From a virus (lineage: Duplodnaviria; Caudoviricetes): a stretch of DNA of 46,869 nt. This document shows, in pieces, positions 8,489-18,505 of this stretch. Numbering within the stretch: the stretch's first letter is position 1; the number at the start of each line of letters is the position of its first letter. The notes beneath the pieces were generated by a model that worked only from the letters and a program-made list of their open reading frames with translations, was not told the DNA's origin and ran no database searches. Where the stretch lies: the IMG/VR virus record IMGVR_UViG_3300028588_000034, positions 1-46,869 of that record. One strand, written 5' to 3'. Made by a program: the position numbers and the translations under genes.

Positions 8489-10300
8489 CTAGACCCCGCG
8501 GAACACGCGGATATCGTTCCGGCCCTCGGCAACGGACCGCGCCCATTGATTGATGACCGGCTTGACCGCGGCCTGGTAGAGCGCCGCCTTGGGATGCAAC
8601 GGGTTCGTGACGTCGTAGAACGTATCCAGCCCTGCGCCGAGGTCGGGGACGGTTTCGATGCAAGTCCGAAACGACGACCATTCGAGGTCGAGGATCACGC
8701 AATTCTTAGCCGTTGCGATCTCGCGCAAGGTACGGTTGAAGTGCCAAATCCGCTTATAGCCGGTTCGGACCACGCCGCCGCCGGTCCAATCCCGTGAGAC
8801 CATGAAGTCGGCAAGCGTGGCCTTGGGAACCATATCGGCGGTCGGGCTAACCGGCTTCGCCTTGTATGTCGGATAGACCATGTCGCGTGTCGTGCCGCCG
8901 GTTGGGTATGCCGTGGCGTCGCTGAAATAGAACGGGTCAAGCGCCTTGACGCCGGTCGCGCTTGGATTGGCGCGGGGATCAGCGTGGAACCCGGTCGAGA
9001 GAACCGGCTCGGCGCCCATGCTGCGGATATAGTCGATGATTCCAATTAGCGCGTTGAACTGCGCGATCACGCCGCCGTTGTCGTGATAGAAGATCGAACG
9101 ACAATCATTCATCCAAAAGAACGGGAGAACCCACTTAGCCGCGCCCGACATGAACACGGACGAGGCTTGGAGCTGCCCGCTTGCCGAACTCCACGGAGCG
9201 CCCTGGACGGCTTGCAAATCTGCCGGGAACGTCACGCCATCGCCGACGAACAAGTCATTGAGAGCGGCGGTCGCGAACTGGTCGGGTCGCGATCCGTCGG
9301 CGACGTAGGCGCTTGCGGCGTTCGAGCTGCCGATCACGACGATAGGAGCGGTTCGGGGCGTGGCGGTGCTGCCACCGCTGCCCGTGTTCGTTACGTTGCC
9401 CCACGGCTGATTTGCGAGGCTGGCGTCCTGCGATCCGACCGGCGGGGCGGTGGCGAGTAGCGGGCGCGAACCGTTGAGGACCGCGATCCCGCCGCCAGCG
9501 TCCGACCGGGTCAAGCTGATCGCCGTCCCCGCTACAAGCTCGCCCGGCGCGACGTCGCTCCCGCTCCCGCCATGCGCGATGCGAAGATAAGGGCCGTTCG
9601 CGAATATGAACGTCGCCCCCGTGTTCGCTTGTGCGACGATAACCTCGAACGTCGTTTGATCGGCGGGGGCGGGAAAGTCATTGAACCCGATATTGTTGAC
9701 GTTGCCGCCAATGGGGAGGCCGATCGGGAGCTTATAGATTCCCTGAATTGTTTTCTTCGCGCCGAGCGCGTCGGTTGCGATGCCCTGCGAATACTGGAGC
9801 GACGGGGTTACGCTAAAGACGTTCCAGATTGCGCCGTTGAGGTTGATCGTGAGGCGAATGAACGACCCGGCGGGGAATACGACTCCGCTCAATTCGGCGT
9901 TATTGCGATCCGTCACGCGGAGGTAGCCGTCGCCGGTCTGATCCGTCTTGAGGTCGACCGGGCCAGTTATGTCGGTGTCGACGTAGAGTTGCAGCGTCCC
10001 GCCATTGACGAATGCCGGACCTGAAAAGCTCGACTGCAACCGGGTCCGACCGTTCACAATACCGGCGACGGTCGCCACGCCGAACGGCTGGATTTTGCGG
10101 TCGACTGCGTCAATCAACGGCTGGAGCGCGGCTTGCGTATCGGCGAGCGTGCGAAAGACTTGTCCGCCAGGCGTGCCGCCGTCGCCGACGCGGATCGCGC
10201 GCATATCGCGATCGTAACCGATATCCCCCTCGATCATCGGCCCGGCCATAAAAACGCCCGAGCCGTTCGATCCGATATCCGTCGCCGTGGTCTGCACCAT
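8489..10300 (-). CDS. Tail fibre/spike: Mtd-N-like N-terminus plus C-terminal SGNH hydrolase-like domain
   Basis: GDIGYDRDMRAIRVGDGGTPGG; VVIGSSN, AVQGA, FWMND, NPLHP; TAATG-coupled start at 10300 (10309 alternative). Confidence 0.75.
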   Translation of the reverse strand: MVQTTATDIGSNGSGVFMAGPMIEGDIGYDRDMRAIRVGDGGTPGGQVFRTLADTQAALQPLIDAVDRKIQPFGVATVAGIVNGRTRLQSSFSGPAFVNGGTLQLYVDTDITGPVDLKTDQTGDGYLRVTDRNNAELSGVVFPAGSFIRLTINLNGAIWNVFSVTPSLQYSQGIATDALGAKKTIQGIYKLPIGLPIGGNVNNIGFNDFPAPADQTTFEVIVAQANTGATFIFANGPYLRIAHGGSGSDVAPGELVAGTAISLTRSDAGGGIAVLNGSRPLLATAPPVGSQDASLANQPWGNVTNTGSGGSTATPRTAPIVVIGSSNAASAYVADGSRPDQFATAALNDLFVGDGVTFPADLQAVQGAPWSSASGQLQASSVFMSGAAKWVLPFFWMNDCRSIFYHDNGGVIAQFNALIGIIDYIRSMGAEPVLSTGFHADPRANPSATGVKALDPFYFSDATAYPTGGTTRDMVYPTYKAKPVSPTADMVPKATLADFMVSRDWTGGGVVRTGYKRIWHFNRTLREIATAKNCVILDLEWSSFRTCIETVPDLGAGLDTFYDVTNPLHPKAALYQAAVKPVINQWARSVAEGRNDIRVFRGV

Positions 10301-11070
10301 TATCGCCATTCCTCAAAAGTCAGGCCCCACCGTGTAACGGCGGGCGCTTGTCGCTCATAGCCTTCTAGTTTCTGGAATACGCTCCAGTGCATTTGTTCCG
10401 CGGTCGCGGCCGCGGCGCCGGTCGCATCGGTCCCCTCGATAAAGAGGACCGGGAGCGTCGATCCCTTGTCTTGGAATATGTCGTCGAGCCGCTCGACCTC
10501 GGCGTCGAGCAAGTCGCCGAGCGTGGCGGTGAACGCGGTCTTTCGGATGCCGCGCAAGGTCCCGAACCCACCCGAGAACAAAGCCTCGCGACTGCCCGTG
10601 TCGATCGGCGTCCGGCCCGATCCATACTCGTTCCCATAGGTCGGCTGGAACGCGAGCCCGGTCGCGAAATTGCCGATCGTGAGAGGTGGAGAGTTTGCGG
10701 GCTGGATCAGGGAGACGGACAGATAACGCGCGGCAATCGGCGCGGCCCGACGATAAAACGACATTCGCGGTCGAGCCGTGCGGCGGTACGGCGCGGGCAT
10801 GGGGGCGGAGTTGAGCCATACCGTCTCCGTCCCGTTATTGATGCCGCTCGATACGGTCCAAGCCGCTGTATCGGCCGCATTGCTGGAGCCGAGGAACGCG
10901 CTGTCGATCTGCATCGTCGCGCCGAGGTCGAGCGTTAGGACGGCGGCCGAACCCGAGACGCTATCGGTCCAAACCTCCTTAGGATCGTCCGTAAGCAATC
11001 GAGCCTGTCCCGAACCCCGCGACGACGAGACGGAGGCCGGGAGGGGGGCGAGGATTATTAGCGATGCCAT
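10300..11070 (-). CDS. Tail tip structural protein
   Basis: Position in the tail module; beta-rich; LTLDLGA..IDSAFLG. Confidence 0.6.
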   Translation of the reverse strand: MASLIILAPLPASVSSSRGSGQARLLTDDPKEVWTDSVSGSAAVLTLDLGATMQIDSAFLGSSNAADTAAWTVSSGINNGTETVWLNSAPMPAPYRRTARPRMSFYRRAAPIAARYLSVSLIQPANSPPLTIGNFATGLAFQPTYGNEYGSGRTPIDTGSREALFSGGFGTLRGIRKTAFTATLGDLLDAEVERLDDIFQDKGSTLPVLFIEGTDATGAAAATAEQMHWSVFQKLEGYERQAPAVTRWGLTFEEWR

Positions 11071-11079
11071 CGGGTGAAC

Positions 11080-12306
11080 CTATCGCAAAAGCTGGACGCG
11101 CGACACGCGCGGCCGGGTTAGATTGGTCGGAAGGGTCGTGACGCCCCCCGCAACCGTCATCGCGACGTCTTGCGTCGATCCATTGTCGAACGTCACGCGG
11201 AACGTGAACGCGCCGTCGGGGACGCCCTGCGCGCCCCAATCGAATGATAGAGCATCAGCGGCGCGGGTTTGTCCGGCTGGAATGTAGGACGTTGCAACGG
11301 CCCCATCTTCATATTGCCAAAAGGCCGAGTCCTGCGCGCTGCCTACTGTGGGATTGGACGTGCCGCCTGTTCCTGCAAATGGATTAAAGCTTACTGTAAT
11401 TGTGGTTGACGTCATCGCGCCAAAGGTTCGAGATTTAGTAAAACGCGTCCATGCAGGTGACGTATTGAGAGTAATGGAGCTAACACTCTCGGGGCCGGTG
11501 GTTCCGTAATCAAACAGCAGCGCGCGGGAAGCCTGACCCATTGCGACGGCGTCACGAATAAAACATGACTCCGTAAATGTGCGGCCGCTTGGAGATGTAG
11601 GAACCGGCATAAATGCGCTTGGGCTATTGGCAGACGCTACAACATAACGGCTTGCGTCCGATCCCCCTGCCGGATCGGCAATTCCTGGTGTGCGAGTAAC
11701 GCGAACAAGGTTCGTTGGGCTTGTTGTGCTGCAATAATTGATAGCTGACTTTTCGATTAGTAAGCCGGCTAGCACTCCATTGAAATAGTCGAACCGAGGC
11801 GCGTCGATAGGCTCGAACGCGATCAAACCTTCAGCATTTATACGGCTCCCGATCGATGCCCGCTTGAGCGTCGCGCCGCTCGGCATCGCGCCACCGCTAA
11901 AATCGAAATAGGGCAGGGTTAGCGCGCGGGTGCGAACCGTGTCGGGCATCCGATAGAGAACCGTTAGCGCGGTCGTGTCCGACGTTTCGCTTTCGGCCGC
12001 GCGAAGAACGAAAACCGTCGGCGTTGCCTCGTATCCGTAGCGGTCGCCCTGCAACCCGATCACTTGCCCGACAAGGCTCGACCATAGCCCCGCGATCGTG
12101 TGTTCGTCCTTAGCGAGCGGGCCGGAGAGAAAATCGAGCTGGCGGCTCGCCTCGTCCAATGCGGCGGACCGGAGCGCGAGAGGCGACATATACTCGGACG
12201 CCGCGGCCCGCTCGCCCCATTGAGCCACTAAGGCGGCATCCTCCGCCGTGACATAGAGCCCCTCGCTCTTGAGCCATGCCGCGAGCCCTTGGTCGACCGT
12301 CGCCAT
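11080..12306 (-). CDS. Tail protein fused to a spike/carbohydrate-binding-like domain
   Basis: TAATG start MATVDQGLAAWL; RASIGSRINAEG..PRFDY..GLLIEKSAINY..QYEDGAVATSYIP..TRAAD spike-fibre signature. Confidence 0.7.
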   Translation of the reverse strand: MATVDQGLAAWLKSEGLYVTAEDAALVAQWGERAAASEYMSPLALRSAALDEASRQLDFLSGPLAKDEHTIAGLWSSLVGQVIGLQGDRYGYEATPTVFVLRAAESETSDTTALTVLYRMPDTVRTRALTLPYFDFSGGAMPSGATLKRASIGSRINAEGLIAFEPIDAPRFDYFNGVLAGLLIEKSAINYCSTTSPTNLVRVTRTPGIADPAGGSDASRYVVASANSPSAFMPVPTSPSGRTFTESCFIRDAVAMGQASRALLFDYGTTGPESVSSITLNTSPAWTRFTKSRTFGAMTSTTITVSFNPFAGTGGTSNPTVGSAQDSAFWQYEDGAVATSYIPAGQTRAADALSFDWGAQGVPDGAFTFRVTFDNGSTQDVAMTVAGGVTTLPTNLTRPRVSRVQLLR

Positions 12307-14132
12307 TATTGCCCGCCCTGTTTGATTTCGATTACTTCCAGCGCCGAACCCGCTTTTACGATCAGGTCGATATTGTCGTTCTCGACGTTCTCGACGTTGA
12401 AAGCGATCGTATGCAGTCCGGCGGCGAGCTGAATATAGGTAAACGGCGAGATCGTCGATTTCGCGCCGCTCGCCGACCCGTCGAATATGTTCGATTGCTG
12501 CCCGGTCGGATACGAGACGGCGTTGTCGATCATAATGCTGCAATTAAACTGCAAATCGTCGTCGCTCCAAAACATGCCGGAGAACGTGACCTTGAGGAGG
12601 CTGTCGTCCTCGTCTTTGGTGAAGCTGATCGTCGCTAGGGTCGCAATCGTATTTTGCTTTACGCGCTGATCGGCGTTCGTGATCGAGACGCGCGTTTTCT
12701 GGACGGCGGATTGCGAGATCGCGCCGGTTCCGACCTTGCCGTCCTTGACCGTGCCATCCGGGTTGAGCGCTCCAGCGACGACAAGGCCGGTCGCGCTCGT
12801 CGCGGTGTTGTCTGCGCCGGGTGTGGCGGGCTTGTACGCTGCGACCGTGTCGCCGTCTGGATAGAGGACGTCCGTCGCCTGGATCGCCGCGCTGATTTCC
12901 GCGTCGGTGTGTATCCGGTAGTTCCGCTGATAGCCGAGCTTCCGGGACTTGATCGGCGTAAACACTTCCCGGCGCGTGATCTGCCCGATCGAGCGAAAGA
13001 CTTGCACCGTTACGAGCGATTGCCAGCGCGAATTGATCGCCACGAGGTTTTGCCACGTCGACGCGACCGCCTCGCCCGGCTTCCACGTCTTAGGCGTTCC
13101 CGCAACGGCCCATCGCCATTGACGGAAGCGGATCGACCCGGTCGGCGACATGATCCAGATTAGCGAGACGCCGAGACAAAGCCGGTCAAGAACTTGCGCG
13201 ACCGTCTCGCTCGAACTGTCGACGTGAACCCCGGCGAACTCCGGCCGTTGCGCGGTAAAGCCGACAACCTCGTCGACCGGAACGGGATTGGCGATCGTCG
13301 CGGCAACGCGCTCCACGATCTGCGGGACCGTCTCGACGTAAGCCGCTCCGACCTCGCCGAACAGGTCCGCCGTGAGAGGCCCGGAGGCGTCGGTCCACCA
13401 CTTCGCGCACGCGATCGAGGGGGCGACGACGCCCCCGCCCGCCGGCGCGACTGCGACCTGTAGCGCTGCGAACGTGGCGGCTATAGAGCCCTGCCAATCG
13501 AGGACAACGGAGGGCCCTTCCCGCCCCTTGTCCTTGATCCGAACGAACCCGGCGAGAGGAAAGGCCGGATCGCCGAACTCATAGATATTGTTCGCCTTGT
13601 CGAGGATGAACCCTTCGACACTGAACACGCGGCCCCATGATCGGCGCTTGACCCGCCCCGAGATATCGACCGGCCCCTCAAGCCCGCCAGTGCCGGCGAA
13701 CGTCGCGGACAAGAGCGGCTTGTTAAGATCGACGGAAAGGTCGCCGAGCGCGAACGATAGAACCCCGCTCTCGATCGACACGGAGCCTACCGAGCCAACG
13801 AACGCGGTCCCATAAGCGCCCGTGTCGTCATCGCCGGTCGTGATCGTGATCCGCGCGTCTTTCCAGTAGAGCCCGGCGAGGTCGGCCGTGAGCTGTTGGT
13901 CCGCCGAATTGAAGCGCGTCCCGGCTACCTGGGGAATCGCGTTACCGTTCCATCCGTTCGCGTCGAACCCGACCTCGGCGGTAAAGCGAGGAAGCGTTGC
14001 GACCCCGGCCCGCCAATCTCCGAAGCCAAATTGCGAATAGGCTCGCGAGCCGCCGCCCGCGAGCCGGACCGGGACGGGGGCGCCCGTTGCTGGATCAGCC
14101 GGGAACGCTTGGATCAATACGGTTTGCGTCAT
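12306..14132 (-). CDS. Tail tip/hub protein
   Basis: Directly after the tape measure; FAGTGGLEGP..GRVKRRSWGRVFSV. Confidence 0.7.
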   Translation of the reverse strand: MTQTVLIQAFPADPATGAPVPVRLAGGGSRAYSQFGFGDWRAGVATLPRFTAEVGFDANGWNGNAIPQVAGTRFNSADQQLTADLAGLYWKDARITITTGDDDTGAYGTAFVGSVGSVSIESGVLSFALGDLSVDLNKPLLSATFAGTGGLEGPVDISGRVKRRSWGRVFSVEGFILDKANNIYEFGDPAFPLAGFVRIKDKGREGPSVVLDWQGSIAATFAALQVAVAPAGGGVVAPSIACAKWWTDASGPLTADLFGEVGAAYVETVPQIVERVAATIANPVPVDEVVGFTAQRPEFAGVHVDSSSETVAQVLDRLCLGVSLIWIMSPTGSIRFRQWRWAVAGTPKTWKPGEAVASTWQNLVAINSRWQSLVTVQVFRSIGQITRREVFTPIKSRKLGYQRNYRIHTDAEISAAIQATDVLYPDGDTVAAYKPATPGADNTATSATGLVVAGALNPDGTVKDGKVGTGAISQSAVQKTRVSITNADQRVKQNTIATLATISFTKDEDDSLLKVTFSGMFWSDDDLQFNCSIMIDNAVSYPTGQQSNIFDGSASGAKSTISPFTYIQLAAGLHTIAFNVENVENDNIDLIVKAGSALEVIEIKQGGQ

Positions 14133-17100
14133 GCTGCCGCTTTCCTAGCGATCCCGTTGAGGTTCGGCGAATAGTCGTTCGCCGAGCCGGTTCCCCTGAT
14201 CGCTCCGGCGAGATCCTTTACCGCCGCAAGGGTTTGCACCTGTACGTCAACCCCTTCGGAAATAACTGCCGTTTGCGCCGCCATAGCCGCCGCATCGGTG
14301 CCGGTCCCGTTCGCCGCGGCGTTGACCCGGTCCGTCTCCATTTTGATTACGCGCTCGATCGCCGAGAGGGCATCGCCCCGCGCGTTCGTAAACTCCGGCC
14401 CGGCCGTTCCGTATGCGTCGCGAGCCGTCCCGACCTTTTGTTGCAACAGCCCGGCGAGCGTGTCCGCTGCCCCGGCCTTACCCGCCTCGGCATCCTTTTG
14501 CGCCGCGTCGATTTGGACCTGTAGGGCCTTGAGCTTGTCCGCGGCCGAACCCTCGAACAGGTCGCCGAACTTGAGCGAGTTGAGCGTGTCCGAGAGCGAG
14601 CCGAGGCGCGATTTGAGCGTCGACTCGATCAGCGTTGCGCGCTGTTCCGCGTTGAGCTTCTCGACCGCGACGAGGTCGACCCCGTAAGCTTTCGCCAGGC
14701 GGACCCGCTCGCGCCCTGCCGCGTCCTCGGCCGAGAACTGCGCCTTGAGCGCGCCTTGCACGCCGCCGAGCGATGCCTCCAGCGCCTTGACCCCGAGCGC
14801 CTCTTGAACGGCCCGGTCGATATCGGCGTTCGACGAAAGCGCCTTTTGCATGGCGGCCGAAAGTCCCGTTACGCCGCCGTCGAGGATCGCGTCACGGATT
14901 GCGAAGGCAACGGCCTCGGCTTCGGTGTCGAACGCCTCGACCCCCGTCACCTTGCCAGCGCCGGAGGTATCGACGCGATACGCGCCCGCCTTGTGGCCAG
15001 GTCGATAGCCGATCGAGACGCTCGCACTTCCGAGCTGCGCGCCGAGTGCGGCAACGATCGAATTGAGCCCGTCGGCAAGCGACCCGCCAAGCGCGTCCGC
15101 CTGTTCCTTTGCCGCCTTGCCCGAGCCGATCGACGTCCCGGCGACGGCTTGCCCGTTGTTAACGCTTAGGGTCGACGAGCCGAACTTGTCCTTTTTGAAC
15201 AGTCCGCCGATCACGGAACCGACAACCGCGCCGACTTCCTTGCCGAACGGGATCGGGAGGAACGAACCGACCGCGCCGCCGATCTGTGCGCCGACCTTGG
15301 ACGTCTTGAACCCGAGAGCCTTGCCGAGCGGTTGCAAAAACCCGTTGACGACCGCGCCGGTCGCCGCGCCCTCGAACGCCTTGCCCGCGTTCTGCCCGAT
15401 CGAGCGGCCAAAAATCTGCGGGTCCTTGATGCCGAGCTTGCCGAATACCTTGTCGATACCGAGCGCGAACGGGTCGACCTTGTCACCGGGAACCGTCGGG
15501 TTCGGTGTTGGCGTCGGCGTTGCAACCTTGTTCGCCTCGACACGGATCGTCCCGTCCGGCTCGATCGTCGTACCGCCGGGGAGGCCGCTGGAGCTGTTAT
15601 TGTCGTTCGCGGGGGTGTTGATCCCGGCCGCGCGATTGAGCGCGTCGGTGAAGCTGCCGAGTGCCTTCGTCGCGGCGTCGACCGGCGGCTTAATCGTAGC
15701 GAACGACGTCGCGACGATCTTCGACTTATCCGCGACCTCGTCGACCGCGGCGGCCATGCGCTTTCCGGCATCCTTGACCGGCGACACGCCGTTGACCTGA
15801 TCCGTAAGGTCGCGGAACACGCCCCCGAACAAGTTGTCGAAAATCTTGTCGCCCTTGAGCGTGAGGAAGCTGTCGAGGAGCTTTTGCGGAGCCTTGATAA
15901 GCTGCCCGAGGTCTCCGCGCACGAACGCTTGCGTCGCGTCCTGCACTACGCCCTTGATCGAGCCGACCGCCGTTAGATACTTCGCCTGTAGCTCGTTCCT
16001 GATTTCGAGCTGGCGTTGCTCAAGCCGCATGGCTTGGACCGTCGCGAGAACGCTGTCCTTTTGCGCGTCGGTTAGCGGCCCCATCGTCTTTTGAAGGCCC
16101 TGCACCGTCTTGAGCGCGTTCGCCTCGTCGATCCGGCCCGCGGTCAATAGCTGCTGCACCGTCAGCCCGTCGCGCTGATCCTCAATAAAATCGCGATACG
16201 GCTTTTGCAGTCCGGCCGCGATGACGCCCTTAGTGCGCTCGGCGCTTTCGATCAGCCCGTCGAACCCGGTCGGCTTGTTCTTGTTGAGGTCGGCGATGAC
16301 GGCGTCGAGCTGCCCGAATGCCGCTGCGGCCTTATCGGCGAGCGTCTTAGGTTGCTCGAACGACTTCGCGACCTCACGGATCAGCCCGTCGCGAACCGTG
16401 ACCTTTGCCGCCTCCGCGCTCGCGATCAGGTCGGCAAACCCCGCCGGCTTCTTGCGGCCGAGATCGTCGATCAGGTCGTCGAGTTCGCGGATCTTCTTGT
16501 TCGTCTTATCGAGGACAGGGGGAGCCTCGTCGAACTGCCCGACGAGGTTCGCGATCTTGTCCTCGGCATCCCGGCCGAACTCGTCTCGCGCTTCCGTTGA
16601 TTTCGGTTTAGGCGGCTTTTTTGCCTTCGGATCGGCCTTGTACGGCTTGAGGAGTGGATCGACCCCGCCACCCGTGAGCGCCTTGAGCGAGAGCAACCCC
16701 GCGGCCTTGTCGGTGCCGAGCGTGCCGATTCCGAGGAGCGTCGATTTGACGTCGGTTAGCTTCTTGCCCGCGAACGTGCTGCCCGTGGCGAGGCGGTCGA
16801 TCCCTGCGATCGCGTTCGTGATGCCCTTATTTACCGCGGCGGCGTAGGCGGCCGGGTCCTTGTCCGCGTACCCGCTCGCGACGAGCCGCCCCAAGCTTTG
16901 CGTGATGGCGTTGAGCTTCGCTTGCTGCTGATCGACCAATCCGGCCGCGGCGACCGACTTGTCGAAATTGCCGAACCCGCCGATCCCGCCGAGCGAACCA
17001 TTGCCCTGCCCGCCCGTCTTTATAACGAGGTCGGGTTTAGGCTTGAGCGCGTCGATTTTCGCCTGTGCGGCGAGGAGATTGGCTTGCGTCTGGAGCTTGA

Positions 17101-18109
17101 TCGACTCGATCAAAACGACGTTTTGCGTTTTGATCTTGCCGGTCGTGAGGTCGATAACCTTGCCGAGAATGGATTGCGCGTTCCCGAAGCTGTCGGCGGC
17201 CGACGCCGCCTTAGCCATTTTGTCGGCGTTCTCCTCTGCCGCGCTGCCCGCCTGGAATAGCTTCTCGATCATCGGGCCGAGGAAGGCGGCGCCGATCGTG
17301 AGAGCGATGCCCCACGGCCCCACGAGGAACTTGCCGAGGCCGACGAGCGGACCGCTTTGCAGCTCCGACAGTGCAAACCCGAGCTGCCCGGCTTGCTGCC
17401 CGAACGCCCGCGCGACCGACGTCCCGCCCGCGACTTGGAGGCCGAAGTCGCCGAACTGCTGCCCGACGTTGCGGACCGCATAGCCCTGCCGGTTAGTAGC
17501 CCGAATGCTCTCGTCCGTCGCCGATACGCCGTCGCGCTGCGATTTGTTGACCCGCTCGCGCGCGATCACGACGCCTTGAGCGGTGGAGATTACGCGCGCC
17601 TCGGCGTTCGCAAGATCACGGATCACGCGGAGCTGCGCGTCGGCGTCATCGTCGGCGGCTAGGGCGGCTTTGCGGTGCGCGAGTTCTAGGCCAGCGACGG
17701 CGGACGCGGCGCGCGTCTCGGCGAGATCGAGTTGCGTCGACGCTGCTGCCAGCTTGCTACGGGCGGAGGCGGCGGAACTGGCGGCGGCTTCCTGCTGCGA
17801 TCCGGCCCGAGCTGCGGCGGCTCCTAGCCCTTCCTGCGCGGTCCCGGCGTCACGCGCGGCCTTTGCCGCCTCGCGCTGCTCTTGCGCGCCCTCGGCCGTG
17901 GCGCGGGTGGCCTCCCCGGTCTTTCGAGCCGTGTCGGCCTGGGCCTTGCCGCTCGACTCGGTCGCCTGTTCAAGCTCCCGAGCCGCGCCGGCCGCGCCGC
18001 GCTGCGCCGTGCCGAGATCCTCGATCCCGTCGACCCCCTGTTTCGCGGCCGAGACTAGCCCGGTCGCGTCGCCAGTAATCCGGGCCGAAAGATCGAAATC
18101 GCCTGCCAT
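14129..18109 (-). CDS. Tail tape measure protein (1326 aa)
   Basis: Ala/Gly-rich helical; lambda-H-like NVGQQFGDFGLQVAGG..QQAGQL; follows the chaperones. Confidence 0.92.
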   Translation of the reverse strand: MAGDFDLSARITGDATGLVSAAKQGVDGIEDLGTAQRGAAGAARELEQATESSGKAQADTARKTGEATRATAEGAQEQREAAKAARDAGTAQEGLGAAAARAGSQQEAAASSAASARSKLAAASTQLDLAETRAASAVAGLELAHRKAALAADDDADAQLRVIRDLANAEARVISTAQGVVIARERVNKSQRDGVSATDESIRATNRQGYAVRNVGQQFGDFGLQVAGGTSVARAFGQQAGQLGFALSELQSGPLVGLGKFLVGPWGIALTIGAAFLGPMIEKLFQAGSAAEENADKMAKAASAADSFGNAQSILGKVIDLTTGKIKTQNVVLIESIKLQTQANLLAAQAKIDALKPKPDLVIKTGGQGNGSLGGIGGFGNFDKSVAAAGLVDQQQAKLNAITQSLGRLVASGYADKDPAAYAAAVNKGITNAIAGIDRLATGSTFAGKKLTDVKSTLLGIGTLGTDKAAGLLSLKALTGGGVDPLLKPYKADPKAKKPPKPKSTEARDEFGRDAEDKIANLVGQFDEAPPVLDKTNKKIRELDDLIDDLGRKKPAGFADLIASAEAAKVTVRDGLIREVAKSFEQPKTLADKAAAAFGQLDAVIADLNKNKPTGFDGLIESAERTKGVIAAGLQKPYRDFIEDQRDGLTVQQLLTAGRIDEANALKTVQGLQKTMGPLTDAQKDSVLATVQAMRLEQRQLEIRNELQAKYLTAVGSIKGVVQDATQAFVRGDLGQLIKAPQKLLDSFLTLKGDKIFDNLFGGVFRDLTDQVNGVSPVKDAGKRMAAAVDEVADKSKIVATSFATIKPPVDAATKALGSFTDALNRAAGINTPANDNNSSSGLPGGTTIEPDGTIRVEANKVATPTPTPNPTVPGDKVDPFALGIDKVFGKLGIKDPQIFGRSIGQNAGKAFEGAATGAVVNGFLQPLGKALGFKTSKVGAQIGGAVGSFLPIPFGKEVGAVVGSVIGGLFKKDKFGSSTLSVNNGQAVAGTSIGSGKAAKEQADALGGSLADGLNSIVAALGAQLGSASVSIGYRPGHKAGAYRVDTSGAGKVTGVEAFDTEAEAVAFAIRDAILDGGVTGLSAAMQKALSSNADIDRAVQEALGVKALEASLGGVQGALKAQFSAEDAAGRERVRLAKAYGVDLVAVEKLNAEQRATLIESTLKSRLGSLSDTLNSLKFGDLFEGSAADKLKALQVQIDAAQKDAEAGKAGAADTLAGLLQQKVGTARDAYGTAGPEFTNARGDALSAIERVIKMETDRVNAAANGTGTDAAAMAAQTAVISEGVDVQVQTLAAVKDLAGAIRGTGSANDYSPNLNGIARKAAA

Positions 18110-18118
18110 GTCGTTTCC

Positions 18119-18505
18119 CTATCGTCGGCTCGACCAATAGTTGATCGCCTCCGCTTCAAGGATTCGTATATCCGCGAATATGTCCGGTGTCATTGTGACG
18201 CCAAGTGACCTCGCGGAAGCCTCCAATTCCGTCCGGCTGATATTGGTTCGGATCGCGCCCCCCATGCCGAGCGAGAGCCATTGCCACGGCGCGTCACAAA
18301 ACAGCGCGAACGGGATCTGCATGTCAGGCCATAGGGGGATGACGTCGCGAGCCTCGACGCTCTCCCCCCGATTAAACCCCTTCGGGTCGATGCCGAACCG
18401 CTGGCATTCAATCTCGAACGGCGTCAGCTCGTCGGCGTCTCGACCTTTGTCGTCGCGTCGGTAGGCTCGACCGCCGGCCCACTGGCGGCCGAGCCTTCGG
18501 AGTTT
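18119..18505 (-). CDS. Frameshift (-1) extension of tail assembly chaperone (DUF1799-like)
   Basis: Frame open from the slippery site: KLRRLGRQWAGG..LWPDMQIPFALFCDAPWQW..DIRILEAEAINYW. Confidence 0.75.
   Translation of the reverse strand, partial: KLRRLGRQWAGGRAYRRDDKGRDADELTPFEIECQRFGIDPKGFNRGESVEARDVIPLWPDMQIPFALFCDAPWQWLSLGMGGAIRTNISRTELEASARSLGVTMTPDIFADIRILEAEAINYWSSRR

Noticed and set aside
8489-10300. Diversity-generating retroelement suggested by the Mtd-like N-terminus
   Set aside because: No reverse transcriptase and no template/variable repeat pair seen
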